This document shows, piece after piece, positions 17,629 through 27,361 of a stretch of 34,594 nucleotides of DNA. This stretch comes from Alphaproteobacteria bacterium (GTDB taxonomy: Bacteria > Pseudomonadota > Alphaproteobacteria > Rs-D84). The notes under the pieces are model-generated. The model saw nothing but the letters and a program-made list of their open reading frames with translations. It was not told the origin of the DNA and did no database searches. The stretch is from positions 1 to 34,594 of the forward strand of contig JAFZXC010000037.1 of assembly GCA_017616975.1 (NCBI GenBank), written 5' to 3'. The position numbers and the translations under genes are program-made. Each line of letters begins with the position of its first letter. Within the stretch, counting starts at the first letter, position 1.

Positions 17629-18406
17629 ATATAAAAATTAATGCACCTGCAATAAACATTACAGTGGACAGCAACATCCCCATGGTCAATCCCCACGATG
17701 TAAGAAAACCAATTTGCGCATCGGGCATACGAAACTGTTCACAGAAAATACGAATAATGGCATAAGACATACCCATAATACCCGACAGTGCCCCTGGATA
17801 TTTACGCAGATTCGTCCAACGATACAATGCCGCCATCAACAAAAGCAAAAATACGCCTTCGCCAAACGCCTCGTATATCGGACTGGGGTGACGTGGAATT
17901 GGGGTTTCACCGTTAAAAACTACTGCCCATGGGGCATCACTGGCCCGCCCCATAACTTCCATATTAATAAAATTAGCAATACGACCAAAGAAAAGACCAA
18001 TCGGCGCAACCACCGACATCATGTCCAAAACAGACATAGTGCGAATTTTATTTTTGCGGGCGAACAACCATGTTGCAACCAACACGCCCACTAATCCCCC
18101 ATGAAAACTCATACCGCCATGCCAAACCGCCAAAATTTCCAATGGATGCATAATAAAAAACAATGGGTTATATAAAAATACATAACCCAATCTGCCACCG
18201 ATTACTACACCCAGAATAACAGCAGTCAGCAAGTCATCCAGTTGCTTTTTATCCATCGATATTGGCGATTTACCAGATGCCAGCATTTTGCGAAACAACC
18301 AATATCCAATTACAAACCCGGCGATATACGCAATTGCGTACCAGCGCACAGGGACACCCATGACACTGAACGCAACAGGTGAAATTGGATCGATTGTTAT
18401 CGCCAT
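17609..18406 (-). CDS. lgt: Prolipoprotein diacylglyceryl transferase
   Basis: VRWYA, GGRLGYV, WHGGMSFHGG, GRIANFIN.E, RHPSPIYE. Confidence 0.96.
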   Translation of the reverse strand: MAITIDPISPVAFSVMGVPVRWYAIAYIAGFVIGYWLFRKMLASGKSPISMDKKQLDDLLTAVILGVVIGGRLGYVFLYNPLFFIMHPLEILAVWHGGMSFHGGLVGVLVATWLFARKNKIRTMSVLDMMSVVAPIGLFFGRIANFINMEVMGRASDAPWAVVFNGETPIPRHPSPIYEAFGEGVFLLLLMAALYRWTNLRKYPGALSGIMGMSYAIIRIFCEQFRMPDAQIGFLTSWGLTMGMLLSTVMFIAGALIFIFAFKKK

Positions 18407-18409
18407 ATA

Positions 18410-18832
18410 TTATCCACGTTGTTTACTAACAATAACTTCGTATTGTTCACGTAATCTACGATACCCTTCTGGATTACAATGTTTCTCTAACAATTTTAAC
18501 ACATTATAACGCAAATTGTTAACATCTTCTTGTTTTGCATATTGAATAATGTTGTTTATTGTGTCGGCTTCTTCGTCTGCATGCTTGCCCAACATTCCAA
18601 CCAGATGCATACGCATGCCACGATAATCACTCTCTATTGCAGAATCACAATTGCTAAGCCATTTTTCACTTGCCTGGGTATTTTTCTTTTTTCTGTCTTT
18701 AAGCATCATTATTTGGTCCATCAAATCCAAGACTTTTTGTGCGCGACCGCTTACTGTAAGTTTACCGATTCCCCATGAATTATGATATGTTGTTTCTATA
18801 TTTAATGCTCCATATGTACTGCCTGTTGACAT
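18410..18832 (-). CDS. Orphan hypothetical protein
   Basis: 140-aa ORF, AAAAGGA RBS, ends 3 nt upstream of the lgt start. Confidence 0.7.
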   Translation of the reverse strand: MSTGSTYGALNIETTYHNSWGIGKLTVSGRAQKVLDLMDQIMMLKDRKKKNTQASEKWLSNCDSAIESDYRGMRMHLVGMLGKHADEEADTINNIIQYAKQEDVNNLRYNVLKLLEKHCNPEGYRRLREQYEVIVSKQRG

Positions 18833-18921
18833 TATATTAATCCTTTTGTTTTTTTGTTGTTTTTGACTTGAAAAAGGAATCCCATTATATTATATATTTG
18901 TCGAATGACAAGGAGAAAATT

Positions 18922-19632
18922 ATGACATCACACAAAAAACCTGTAAAAACTAATGATGGTATGTCAAAATACCTAAGACGTGTATTCACAATAATGTTTG
19001 GTGCGGTGGGGTTGACCGCCATTGCATCGTTTTTAACCATGGCGACACCGTTATGGTCCGCATTGTTCACATCAACGGGGTTATCGGCATTTTATTATAT
19101 ACTGTTGTTTGGCGGCTTGGCGGTTTCCATCTGGGCCCAGGTTCGTGCATTTCATTTAAAACCGGCGTTTGGGGGTGTATTACTGGCACTGTACGCCATA
19201 ATAATGGGCATTGTGTTAACACCGTTGTTGCTGATATCGGTGGTTCAAAATCCATGGACGATTTTGTTCGCATTTATCATTTCTGCGGTAATGTTTGCAT
19301 GCATGGCGATGTTTGGATATAAAACAGTCAAAGACTTGTCATTTTTGGGTTTATTCTTGTTCATGGGCATGATTGGGCTTATCCTGGTGGGGTTGGCTTC
19401 GTTCATATGGCCATCTTTGCTGGGGGGAACATTTGGCACGATTGTATGCTTGATTGGTGTACTGGTATTTGCTCTTTTCACCGCATATGACATGCAGACG
19501 TTAAAGCATGCATATAACTATGTTGGTGACGAAACACAAAAAAATCAATTGGCTGTATTGGGGGCGTTGCATCTGTACATATCGTTCATCGCCATGTTCC
19601 AGTATATTTTAAGCCTGTTTAACCGTGATTAA
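18922..19632 (+). CDS. Bax inhibitor-1/YccA family membrane protein
   Basis: About 7 TM segments, GYKTVKDLS, TAYDMQ.LK, GALHLYISFI.MF; AAGGAG RBS. Confidence 0.9.
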   Translation: MTSHKKPVKTNDGMSKYLRRVFTIMFGAVGLTAIASFLTMATPLWSALFTSTGLSAFYYILLFGGLAVSIWAQVRAFHLKPAFGGVLLALYAIIMGIVLTPLLLISVVQNPWTILFAFIISAVMFACMAMFGYKTVKDLSFLGLFLFMGMIGLILVGLASFIWPSLLGGTFGTIVCLIGVLVFALFTAYDMQTLKHAYNYVGDETQKNQLAVLGALHLYISFIAMFQYILSLFNRD

Positions 19633-19655
19633 TAAAAAACTAAAAGGAAAATAAA

Positions 19656-19835
19656 ATGGCGTACAAAATAGACCCATCAAAGTGCATTGGTTGTCACACA
19701 TGTGCTGGTGTTTGTCCGGTTGGTGCGATAACAACGACCCCAGATGGTAAATGCGTTATCGACCCATCAAAATGTGTTTCTTGCGGGACATGTGCTGCAA
19801 TGTGCCCGGTAAATGCAATTGCACCTGAAAAATAA
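19656..19835 (+). CDS. 2[4Fe-4S] clostridial-type ferredoxin (not in ORF track)
   Basis: MAYKIDPSKCIGCHTCAGVCPVGAI...IDPSKCVSCGTCAAMCPVNAIAPEK: two CxxCxxCxxxCP motifs. Confidence 0.95.
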   Translation: MAYKIDPSKCIGCHTCAGVCPVGAITTTPDGKCVIDPSKCVSCGTCAAMCPVNAIAPEK

Positions 19836-19848
19836 TCGGTATTTACTG

Positions 19849-19872
19849 AAAACGGGGCATTTGCCCCGTTTT
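19849..19872 (+). terminator. Terminator after ferredoxin
   Basis: AAAACGGGGC-ATTT-GCCCCGTTTT. Confidence 0.85.
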
Positions 19873-19945
19873 TATTTTAAATTGCCCCTTGCAAAATATG
19901 TTTTTAGTTATAAAATAACCCGGTAATTAAATGGAGTATTAAATT

Positions 19946-21307
19946 ATGCCAGCAAAAACAGTTAATGATATTGTCGCATTATGCAAACGTCGTGGATTCA
20001 TTTTCACCGGTTCCGAAATATATGGCGGACTGGGGGGTGCATATGATTACGGCCCGTACGGTGTGGAATTGATGAAAAACATCCGTAATGCCTGGTGGAA
20101 TTCTATGATTTATTCCCGCAACGACATCGAAGGTTTAGATGCGGCATTAATATCAAACCGTTTAATGTGGAAGTATTCTGGACACGAAGCATCGTTTTCC
20201 GACCCATTGGTGGAATGCAAAAAGTGCGGTGCTCGTATGCGCCAAGACAAAATGCGTGATCCAACAAAGTGTGATAATTGCGGTTCAACCGAAATCACCG
20301 AACCACGTGCATATCAATTGATGATGGGACTTTCCATTGGTGCGATGGCTGATGGTGCAATAAACGCCTATTTGCGTCCAGAAACCGCTACAACAACATA
20401 CGTTAACTTTAAAAACGTCTTAGATGCAAAACCACATAAACTGCCGTTTGGTATTGCCCAGATTGGTAAAGCGTTCCGTAACGAAATTTCTCCACGTGGT
20501 TTTGTTTTCCGTATGCGTGAATTTGAACAGGCAGAAATGCAATACTTTGTAAATCCATCCGATGATGAAAAATACTTTGAAATGTGGAAAGCAACACGTC
20601 TTGCATGGTGGATTGATACACTTGGCATACCGGCCGAAAAATTACGTTTCTTGCCACACGAAAAATTGGCGCACTATGCCAAGGCTGCGGTTGACATTGA
20701 ATACGAATTCCCAGATGGTTTTGATGAAGTCGAAGGTGTTCACAACCGTCAAGATTTTGATTTGGGATCACACACAAAATCACAAGACGAATTTGAAATT
20801 CATGCAAAAGTTCTTGATAACAAAGACAGCACGACAAAATTAGCCTATTCTGACCCACAAAGTGGCGAAAGTTTCATTCCATATGTTATTGAAACAGCAA
20901 TGGGTGTTAATCGTGCTATGTTGGCTGTGATGATTGAAGCATACACCGAAGAAGACCTGGGCGACGGCAAATCACGCATTGTATTGAAATTGAAACCATG
21001 GTTATCACCAGTCAAAGCAGCTGTTATACCACTTGCTCGCAATGTTCCAGAATTGTTGGAAATTTCGAACAATATCGAAAACGATTTGCGCAAACTGGGC
21101 ATCGGCCGTATTGAATTAGAAAACAGTGGCAATATCGGTAAAAATTACCGTCGTCACGATGAAATTGGGACCCCGGTATGTATCACAGTAGACCACCAAA
21201 CAATCGAAGATGGTACTGTCACACTGCGTTATCGTGACACAATGGACCAGGTTCGTGTTCCAATCGCAGACGTTCCATCAAAAGTATTGGAAATTGTAAA
21301 ACAATAA
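19946..21307 (+). CDS. glyQS: Glycine--tRNA ligase, alpha2 (archaeal/eukaryal-type)
   Basis: CKRRGF..GSEIYGG...DYGPYG, LRPETA, AQIGKAFRNEI, FRMREFEQ, anticodon-binding domain IGKNYRRHDEIGTP. Confidence 0.93.
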   Translation: MPAKTVNDIVALCKRRGFIFTGSEIYGGLGGAYDYGPYGVELMKNIRNAWWNSMIYSRNDIEGLDAALISNRLMWKYSGHEASFSDPLVECKKCGARMRQDKMRDPTKCDNCGSTEITEPRAYQLMMGLSIGAMADGAINAYLRPETATTTYVNFKNVLDAKPHKLPFGIAQIGKAFRNEISPRGFVFRMREFEQAEMQYFVNPSDDEKYFEMWKATRLAWWIDTLGIPAEKLRFLPHEKLAHYAKAAVDIEYEFPDGFDEVEGVHNRQDFDLGSHTKSQDEFEIHAKVLDNKDSTTKLAYSDPQSGESFIPYVIETAMGVNRAMLAVMIEAYTEEDLGDGKSRIVLKLKPWLSPVKAAVIPLARNVPELLEISNNIENDLRKLGIGRIELENSGNIGKNYRRHDEIGTPVCITVDHQTIEDGTVTLRYRDTMDQVRVPIADVPSKVLEIVKQ

Positions 21308-21333
21308 AAAACGCCCAAACGGGCGTTTTTTTT
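21306..21333. terminator. Bidirectional terminator (CGCCC-AAWC-GGGCG family)
   Basis: AAAAAACGCCC-AAAC-GGGCGTTTTTT. Confidence 0.88.
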
Positions 21334-22984
21334 AATCTTTCACGCTTGGGATAATAACAACATCGTTATAGTAAGACAAGAAACGATCCCCCGTCACACA
21401 ATAAAACTTTTGCAACGAATCTTTGTATTCACGCACCGCAGACACCCAACGTTCATCAATATCACTTTGTGCACCCTGGTACGCAGTAAACGCACCCAAT
21501 GCACCGCCCGCACCAGCACCAACAAGTGTGCTTTTCAAGCGCGCCTTGTTGTCCAAATCAATAACGCCACCATCGTTTGCGCGGTCATCAAATGGAACAA
21601 AATCTGCGACTTCGCCAATCTTTTCTTCGCTGACCCCTTCGGTCTTGTAAGCAAAAACATCATCATGCAAATGAGGCTTTTTCCATTCATTAAAATCTTC
21701 ACGACTGTTGCCAAAGGTTTTTTCTTTGAATTTGTCATCTAACTTCACAGCTGCCGGTCTGCGTTGTCCATCTTCCAATTTTGCTGAAACCACCAACGCA
21801 TAGTGATGATCGTCACTGCTGGACGATTGGGTCGTCATTTTCTTGGTTTTATCAGATGAATCTACATAGAAAACATCGCCATATAACATCGCTTCACGCA
21901 ATTCACTTGCCGACAGGTCTAACAATAATTTCTTATTATTCCAATCGCTTCTGGCATCAATAGAAACCGACCCGATATTCGCCACAGAATCACAGTTTTC
22001 ACCAGCTGCGTCGCATTTCATAACCGTGCTTTTATTGTCCAAATCGACATAGTATCTTGCACAACTGTTACCATTTTTATCGGTACACAACCGACCGTCA
22101 ACGCTCGGGTACAATGGTTTTGAGGGCACGATATAGCCCAACACGCATTTCGTTGTCCCGCATGGTTCAATACGCAACACAGAATCGCCCGCACCTATGA
22201 TATTGCCCGCTGCGGCACCGGCTACTGCATTAATACCCGCAGACATAATCATATTGCCACCTTCGTATCCTGCCAATGCGCCACCGGCACCAATCGCCGC
22301 ACCACCAGCTGCCCCGATAAGCGTATTTGTCATTTTTTCTTTATTAGTACCAAATAATCCGTCTTTGCCGGCTTCGTTTCTGCCACTGATATTGCCACCG
22401 ATTGCACCGACCAATGCTGCTGCCGCTATTTTCATACCGGCATTTTGCTTTTGTTCTTGGTTCATGACTTGTTTAACATCGTCAACCGTTGGTTCTGCGT
22501 CCGCAGGAAAGATAACCCGCTGGGCATCAAGAGTATACGATGCTTCTGGAAATGCAGATATATTACAATTCAGTGTTGAGCCCGCCGCAACATTAGCACG
22601 TGCCAAAACCGCATCGGCACCGCCATTACCCATTTGATATCCACGTAATTCGACAACCGCTGTGCATGTTCGTGCACCACCAACACTTGTTCCCGCTGTG
22701 GGACGAGCCATTTCAAACGAACCATTTGGATAAATCTGTTCGCAAGCTTCTAATTGAGAATCCTCCCCAGAATTATCACCACCTGCAACATCATTGCCAG
22801 ACATTGCCGAAATATCATTCACCGATGCGACCGATGCATTTTGACGCTCCGCCATTTGACTTGCGACATATTGATTTCTTGATGTGTTTCCAATACGCAC
22901 CGCAGAATTAGCATCCCCAGCCGCCAAAATGGCAACCATTCCGGCAAACAAAGAATAATGCATAATCAAATTTTTGCGTATCAT
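21332..22984 (-). CDS. Secreted protein with glycine-zipper segments
   Basis: Signal peptide (..AAGDANS-A), several GxxxG helices, 10 Cys. Confidence 0.8.
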   Translation of the reverse strand: MIRKNLIMHYSLFAGMVAILAAGDANSAVRIGNTSRNQYVASQMAERQNASVASVNDISAMSGNDVAGGDNSGEDSQLEACEQIYPNGSFEMARPTAGTSVGGARTCTAVVELRGYQMGNGGADAVLARANVAAGSTLNCNISAFPEASYTLDAQRVIFPADAEPTVDDVKQVMNQEQKQNAGMKIAAAALVGAIGGNISGRNEAGKDGLFGTNKEKMTNTLIGAAGGAAIGAGGALAGYEGGNMIMSAGINAVAGAAAGNIIGAGDSVLRIEPCGTTKCVLGYIVPSKPLYPSVDGRLCTDKNGNSCARYYVDLDNKSTVMKCDAAGENCDSVANIGSVSIDARSDWNNKKLLLDLSASELREAMLYGDVFYVDSSDKTKKMTTQSSSSDDHHYALVVSAKLEDGQRRPAAVKLDDKFKEKTFGNSREDFNEWKKPHLHDDVFAYKTEGVSEEKIGEVADFVPFDDRANDGGVIDLDNKARLKSTLVGAGAGGALGAFTAYQGAQSDIDERWVSAVREYKDSLQKFYCVTGDRFLSYYNDVVIIPSVKD

Positions 22985-22993
22985 GTCTTTTTA

Positions 22994-24109
22994 TTAGAAT
23001 TGCAATCTTAAACGTGCACCAACATCAACCATGCTCAACCGTCCGCTTTCATACCAATTGGTATAGTGATATACGCTGTCATACTGGGCTTGGACTTCCA
23101 TTGTTGGCGACGAACTGTCTTTCAACCATTCTGTCTGGGACATAACGATACTTCCCGATGTTTTTACCTTGCCCAGATTGGTATAGCGAACAAAGAAATC
23201 GATTTTCAATCCCCCGGACATTTCTGTTGTCACACCACCTTCTAACATGAACGCCAATTGTTCGCTTGTTCCACCATTATGGTATGCGATAATGTCCGAA
23301 ACCCCAGATAATGTTCCATCTGGCACCAATGGCAACTGTTCATCGGTTAATTCATAGTAATAGTTATTATCAGTCACCACATAGTCAGCAATCGTATTCA
23401 AAGAAATACCTGCACCAACACCGATATATGGACGTAATGAACCGCCCGCCAGATACCCAGTATAAGAATCAATGTTGTAATATACGTTCAACATTGTCGC
23501 ATTTGCAGTGATTGCACCACCATCAACCATTGCGGTTGCATATCCGCCGTCCCCAGTTGACGTTTCAACATGGTCTGGATATGCCATACCACTGTATCGC
23601 AGATAAGAAAAATCGATACGCACATCATTGTTGATTGCGGCACCAACCGAAATCTGTAATGGCAAAACGGTATCCTTATCAAAATCGGCCGCCTTGAATG
23701 CCCCCGGGACAAAGAACGCTTTTTCTTTATCGGCATAGTCGGCACTGATCGAGCCTATAACCGATGCGCTGTACCCGACAGACATACCGATATACAAACC
23801 ACTGTCCGCCAAACGATCAAAATCAGCCGGCTGGTAATACTGGCGTCCTGCGACGGTTGCATTTGACCCAACCTTGGGCAAAGCGCCCGTGACACGTGTC
23901 GGGCTGGCTGCAACATTTGCGTTTGCAACGATGTATTGATTTTGGTTTGGAACGACATTTGTGCCATTTTGGTAATATACAACACGACCATTAGATGCCG
24001 TCTGGGTCGGTAAAACCGCATTTTGATACACCGGATAAGCGGCACCAGCACCATGCGGCGCACAAAGCACAACCCCAATCAAAGCGGCAGAAACGCTGAA
24101 CTTTTTCAT
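22994..24109 (-). CDS. Outer-membrane beta-barrel protein (opacity/OmpA-like barrel)
   Basis: Signal peptide, GLYIGMSVGY, VRIDFSY, MLNVYY, LRPYIGVGAG, C-terminal GARLRLQF. Confidence 0.85.
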   Translation of the reverse strand: MKKFSVSAALIGVVLCAPHGAGAAYPVYQNAVLPTQTASNGRVVYYQNGTNVVPNQNQYIVANANVAASPTRVTGALPKVGSNATVAGRQYYQPADFDRLADSGLYIGMSVGYSASVIGSISADYADKEKAFFVPGAFKAADFDKDTVLPLQISVGAAINNDVRIDFSYLRYSGMAYPDHVETSTGDGGYATAMVDGGAITANATMLNVYYNIDSYTGYLAGGSLRPYIGVGAGISLNTIADYVVTDNNYYYELTDEQLPLVPDGTLSGVSDIIAYHNGGTSEQLAFMLEGGVTTEMSGGLKIDFFVRYTNLGKVKTSGSIVMSQTEWLKDSSSPTMEVQAQYDSVYHYTNWYESGRLSMVDVGARLRLQF

Positions 24110-24181
24110 TCTCGCTCCAAATTCCTTTTGTTTTATTATATCATAAAAATCCCCTATAAAAAAGCGTTTTGTATATACAAA

Positions 24182-24214
24182 AAAACACCCCGGCAGAATA
24201 TTACGGGGTGTTTT
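24182..24214 (-). terminator. Terminator after the OMP gene
   Basis: AAAACACCCCG...CGGGGTGTTTT inverted repeat. Confidence 0.75.
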
Positions 24215-24234
24215 ATAGTTTACAATGGTGTTTA

Positions 24235-25281
24235 TTAGAACTTTACGTTCAAACGAACACCTGTTTCGGCCTTGAAATCGGTCGTACTTGCAGACAAGTG
24301 TTGACCGTCATCAATTGTGTTTTCAATGAACCATGCAACCTGCATAGAATCACTTGCTTGGTACGCAACAGTGAACGCTTGTGCAAATTCACTAAATTCG
24401 TCATGCATGTGTTTATAATTTGTAATCAAGCCACCCAAAACAGCTTTTGCGTCAGGATTGCTGACTTTTGTATGGATTTTTTTCAAACCATTTTCTGCAT
24501 GGTAAATATATTTCAAGCTCAAACCGAACGACCAACGGTCATTAACTTGGTAAAATGCATTTGCACCCAAGTCGTATTCGGTTGTTGATTTCAAATCAAC
24601 TGATAATTTGTTTGGTATGCTTCCGGGGGTCAAACTGTACAATGTTTCCAACCCAGGTGCCACTTTGGACACATCGATTTCGTTGTTATGATTGCCCCAT
24701 GTACGCAGCAATTCAACAAATGCACTGGTTGTCCAACGATCCCAAACTTTACCAACTTTGGTTCCAACATGATATCCCCAACGACCGTTAGAGAAATTAT
24801 CATATTTAAATGTCAAATCTGCCGGGTTGCCTGTTTTTGTAATCAAAGAACCCTTCATCTTGCTGATGCCACCCATGTGGAAGTCACCATAGACATCCCA
24901 GATAAAGTCTTCAGACAAAATACGATATGTTGTTCCAATGCGGCCAAGATGGAATCCATAGCGGTCCGCATCATGATTATGTGTATAACCAATTTGACCA
25001 TGAACCGTCCAACGATCTGTGATACCATACCCCAAATCTAACGATGGACGCCAAATTGGGAATTCCTTTTCACCATCATGGAAAAGTTTTTTCTGGGCAT
25101 CGTTGCTGTCGGTCACCTTGTACATCACACCGAAGCCGATTTTGCTGTATAATTCGCCAGCACTTGGTAAATACAGCGGATTTTCCATATTACGCAGTGA
25201 ATTTGCGATATACGGACTGTCCGCTAATGCTGGTGCGGTCAAAACCGATGCCGCAATCGCAAGTTTAAAAGTTTTTTTCAT
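24235..25281 (-). CDS. Outer-membrane beta-barrel protein (putative porin/major OMP)
   Basis: ATG 25281 with AAGGAG RBS, signal peptide ending ALA-D, amphipathic strands, C-terminal GVRLNVKF. Confidence 0.82.
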   Translation of the reverse strand: MKKTFKLAIAASVLTAPALADSPYIANSLRNMENPLYLPSAGELYSKIGFGVMYKVTDSNDAQKKLFHDGEKEFPIWRPSLDLGYGITDRWTVHGQIGYTHNHDADRYGFHLGRIGTTYRILSEDFIWDVYGDFHMGGISKMKGSLITKTGNPADLTFKYDNFSNGRWGYHVGTKVGKVWDRWTTSAFVELLRTWGNHNNEIDVSKVAPGLETLYSLTPGSIPNKLSVDLKSTTEYDLGANAFYQVNDRWSFGLSLKYIYHAENGLKKIHTKVSNPDAKAVLGGLITNYKHMHDEFSEFAQAFTVAYQASDSMQVAWFIENTIDDGQHLSASTTDFKAETGVRLNVKF

Positions 25282-25448
25282 CTGTTTTACTCCTTGTTTT
25301 GATGAAACACACCGACCCCCATTATTGGCAAGACCGGGAACCATACCAACGCCGCTAAACCATCGGTGGCAATTTTTACGATATGGTTATGAACACTTTG
25401 CTATATCATGGGAATAAAGTCAAAAAAAACTTTATCTTGACACAGGGC

Positions 25449-25477
25449 TTGAAACTGGCTATGTCACACGCTATAAT
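25449..25477 (+). promoter_or_regulatory. sigma70-type promoter
   Basis: TTGAAA-N17-TATAAT. Confidence 0.7.
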
Positions 25478-25520
25478 ATAAGACGAGTAAACATAACATA
25501 AAAACAAAAAGGGGAATGCC

Positions 25521-26078
25521 ATGCAGAATAACGCAAACAACATGGCCCAGGTTGCCAAAACCCAAAAGCCAAAGAAAAAGAAACATATTATTTCTAGATC
25601 TGATCGCAAGAGACTTGCTGTTGCACATTTTCAAATGTATCGTGCAATGTTTCTCAAAGGGATTTTATCGGGCATGACAATTGGTGCCGCATCGCATAAT
25701 GCGTTTCAGTTTATAAATGCCAAATTGTCCACTATGGATAGAAACAATCCGGTCACAAAGTTTTTGCTTCGCATAAACAAGCATCGTTCAAAACGTATCG
25801 CAAAGCGTGTCATGACAAGCAGAAATCGTGATGCCCAGGTTGCATTTATGCCAGAACAACAACAAAAGATTCAGGCAAAAATTCCACAATGGACGTCCAA
25901 GGCGTTGTTTGTATTCAACACGTTGTTGCAACGTTATCAAATGTTGGCTAAAAACGCTGCAAAGCCAGCGCAACATTCGCAAAACTCGCCAGCGACAGAA
26001 TACAAAAAGAAACAATTTGCCGGGGCAACAACAATTATTTCGATTTTTTTACAAAAACGAAGTACTTTGAGTAAATAA
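25521..26078 (+). CDS. Highly basic orphan protein
   Basis: 185 aa, K/R/Q-rich with very few acidic residues; AGGGGA RBS; own promoter and terminator. Confidence 0.7.
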   Translation: MQNNANNMAQVAKTQKPKKKKHIISRSDRKRLAVAHFQMYRAMFLKGILSGMTIGAASHNAFQFINAKLSTMDRNNPVTKFLLRINKHRSKRIAKRVMTSRNRDAQVAFMPEQQQKIQAKIPQWTSKALFVFNTLLQRYQMLAKNAAKPAQHSQNSPATEYKKKQFAGATTIISIFLQKRSTLSK

Positions 26079-26082
26079 AAAC

Positions 26083-26107
26083 AAAACGCACCACACGGTG
26101 CGTTTTT
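26083..26107. terminator. Bidirectional terminator
   Basis: AAAACGCACC-ACAC-GGTGCGTTTT. Confidence 0.85.
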
Positions 26108-27348
26108 TATTTCTTTTTGTATGCAACAACCAACGGAACTAATCTGGCGGTATCATGGTTAAACCATGCACGTGGAATCGTAATGCTGTTGTGTTGGCCT
26201 GCGGACATTTTTGGTAACGCTTCGCCGTTTTTAGCATTTATAATTTGTGGCAATGTTATTGTCATTTTTTCAACCGAACCCGGCACCAGAAATGTAATTT
26301 CATCACCTGCACAGATTTCGTTTCGTAATTCGAACGTAATTTTTTCATCATCTGCCGCCGTAATTACACCCGCCGCATGATATTCTGCTGTTGATCGTGC
26401 AGATTCATAATTGTGCGCTTCGGGTGGTAATGGACCATCAAAAAACGCCGTTGTATATCCACGTGTTTCTAATTTGTTCAAATCGTCCATAAATGGCGCT
26501 GGGTCAAAATGTTCGGGATCGTGTGCATACGCATCCATTGCCGCCCGATATGCATGAACAACCGATGCAACATAGTATTCACTGCGATTACGCCCTTCGA
26601 TTTTCAATGAATCTGGACCCGATTCCAACACTTCTGCTAACCGTGGCATCAAACACAAATCTTTGCTGTTCAAGATATATGCACCATGTTCATCTTCATC
26701 AATTGGCATCTCAACCCCAGTATCAACTTCACGCAAAATCACATCATATTTCCACCGACAAAGTTGTGCACATGCACCACGATTTGCCGGCCGTCCCGTT
26801 ATAAAGTTCGAAAGCAAACAACGTCCCGAATATGCCATGCACATTGCACCGTGGACAAAGATTTCCAGTTTCATATCTGGACACGCCGCACGAATAGTCT
26901 TGAAATCATTGTGTGATAATTCACGTGCTAAAACGCATAATGACGCCCCCGCATTTTGCCAAAACTTAACTGAACGTGCAGAACAAATGTTGGCCTGGGT
27001 CGAAATATGAATTGGAATATCCGGATGGTTTTCCCGCACCCATGTCACAACCCCAGGGTCCGAAACAATCAACGCATCGGGTTTTAAATATTTTATCGTT
27101 TCACTGACACGTGGCAAATTTGCATACTCGCAGTCATGCGCAAAAAGATTAAAAGCCAGATACACCTTTTTACCATTTGCATGTGCCAAATCTATGCCCT
27201 GCTTGACCTCTTCGGTGGTAATTTTTGCACGTGCACGCATTGAAAACCCGGGCAGCCCCGCATAAATCGCATCTGCGCCATAAAGAATTGCAGTTTTAAA
27301 TGCGTCCAGCGTTCCCGCCGGCGCCAATAATTCTGGTAATTTTTTCAT
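26107..27348 (-). CDS. Peptidase U32 family protein (likely tRNA hydroxylase TrhP/YegQ)
   Basis: PELLAPAG, GADAIYAG, HISTQAN, EIFVHGAMCMAYSGRCLLS, NRGACAQLCRW, SLKIEGR. Confidence 0.88.
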   Translation of the reverse strand: MKKLPELLAPAGTLDAFKTAILYGADAIYAGLPGFSMRARAKITTEEVKQGIDLAHANGKKVYLAFNLFAHDCEYANLPRVSETIKYLKPDALIVSDPGVVTWVRENHPDIPIHISTQANICSARSVKFWQNAGASLCVLARELSHNDFKTIRAACPDMKLEIFVHGAMCMAYSGRCLLSNFITGRPANRGACAQLCRWKYDVILREVDTGVEMPIDEDEHGAYILNSKDLCLMPRLAEVLESGPDSLKIEGRNRSEYYVASVVHAYRAAMDAYAHDPEHFDPAPFMDDLNKLETRGYTTAFFDGPLPPEAHNYESARSTAEYHAAGVITAADDEKITFELRNEICAGDEITFLVPGSVEKMTITLPQIINAKNGEALPKMSAGQHNSITIPRAWFNHDTARLVPLVVAYKKK

Positions 27349-27361
27349 AAATGTTTTATCT

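Noticed and set aside
19656-19835. Internal DNA repeat GACCCATCAAA
   Set aside because: Reflects the known two-fold internal duplication of 2[4Fe-4S] ferredoxins.
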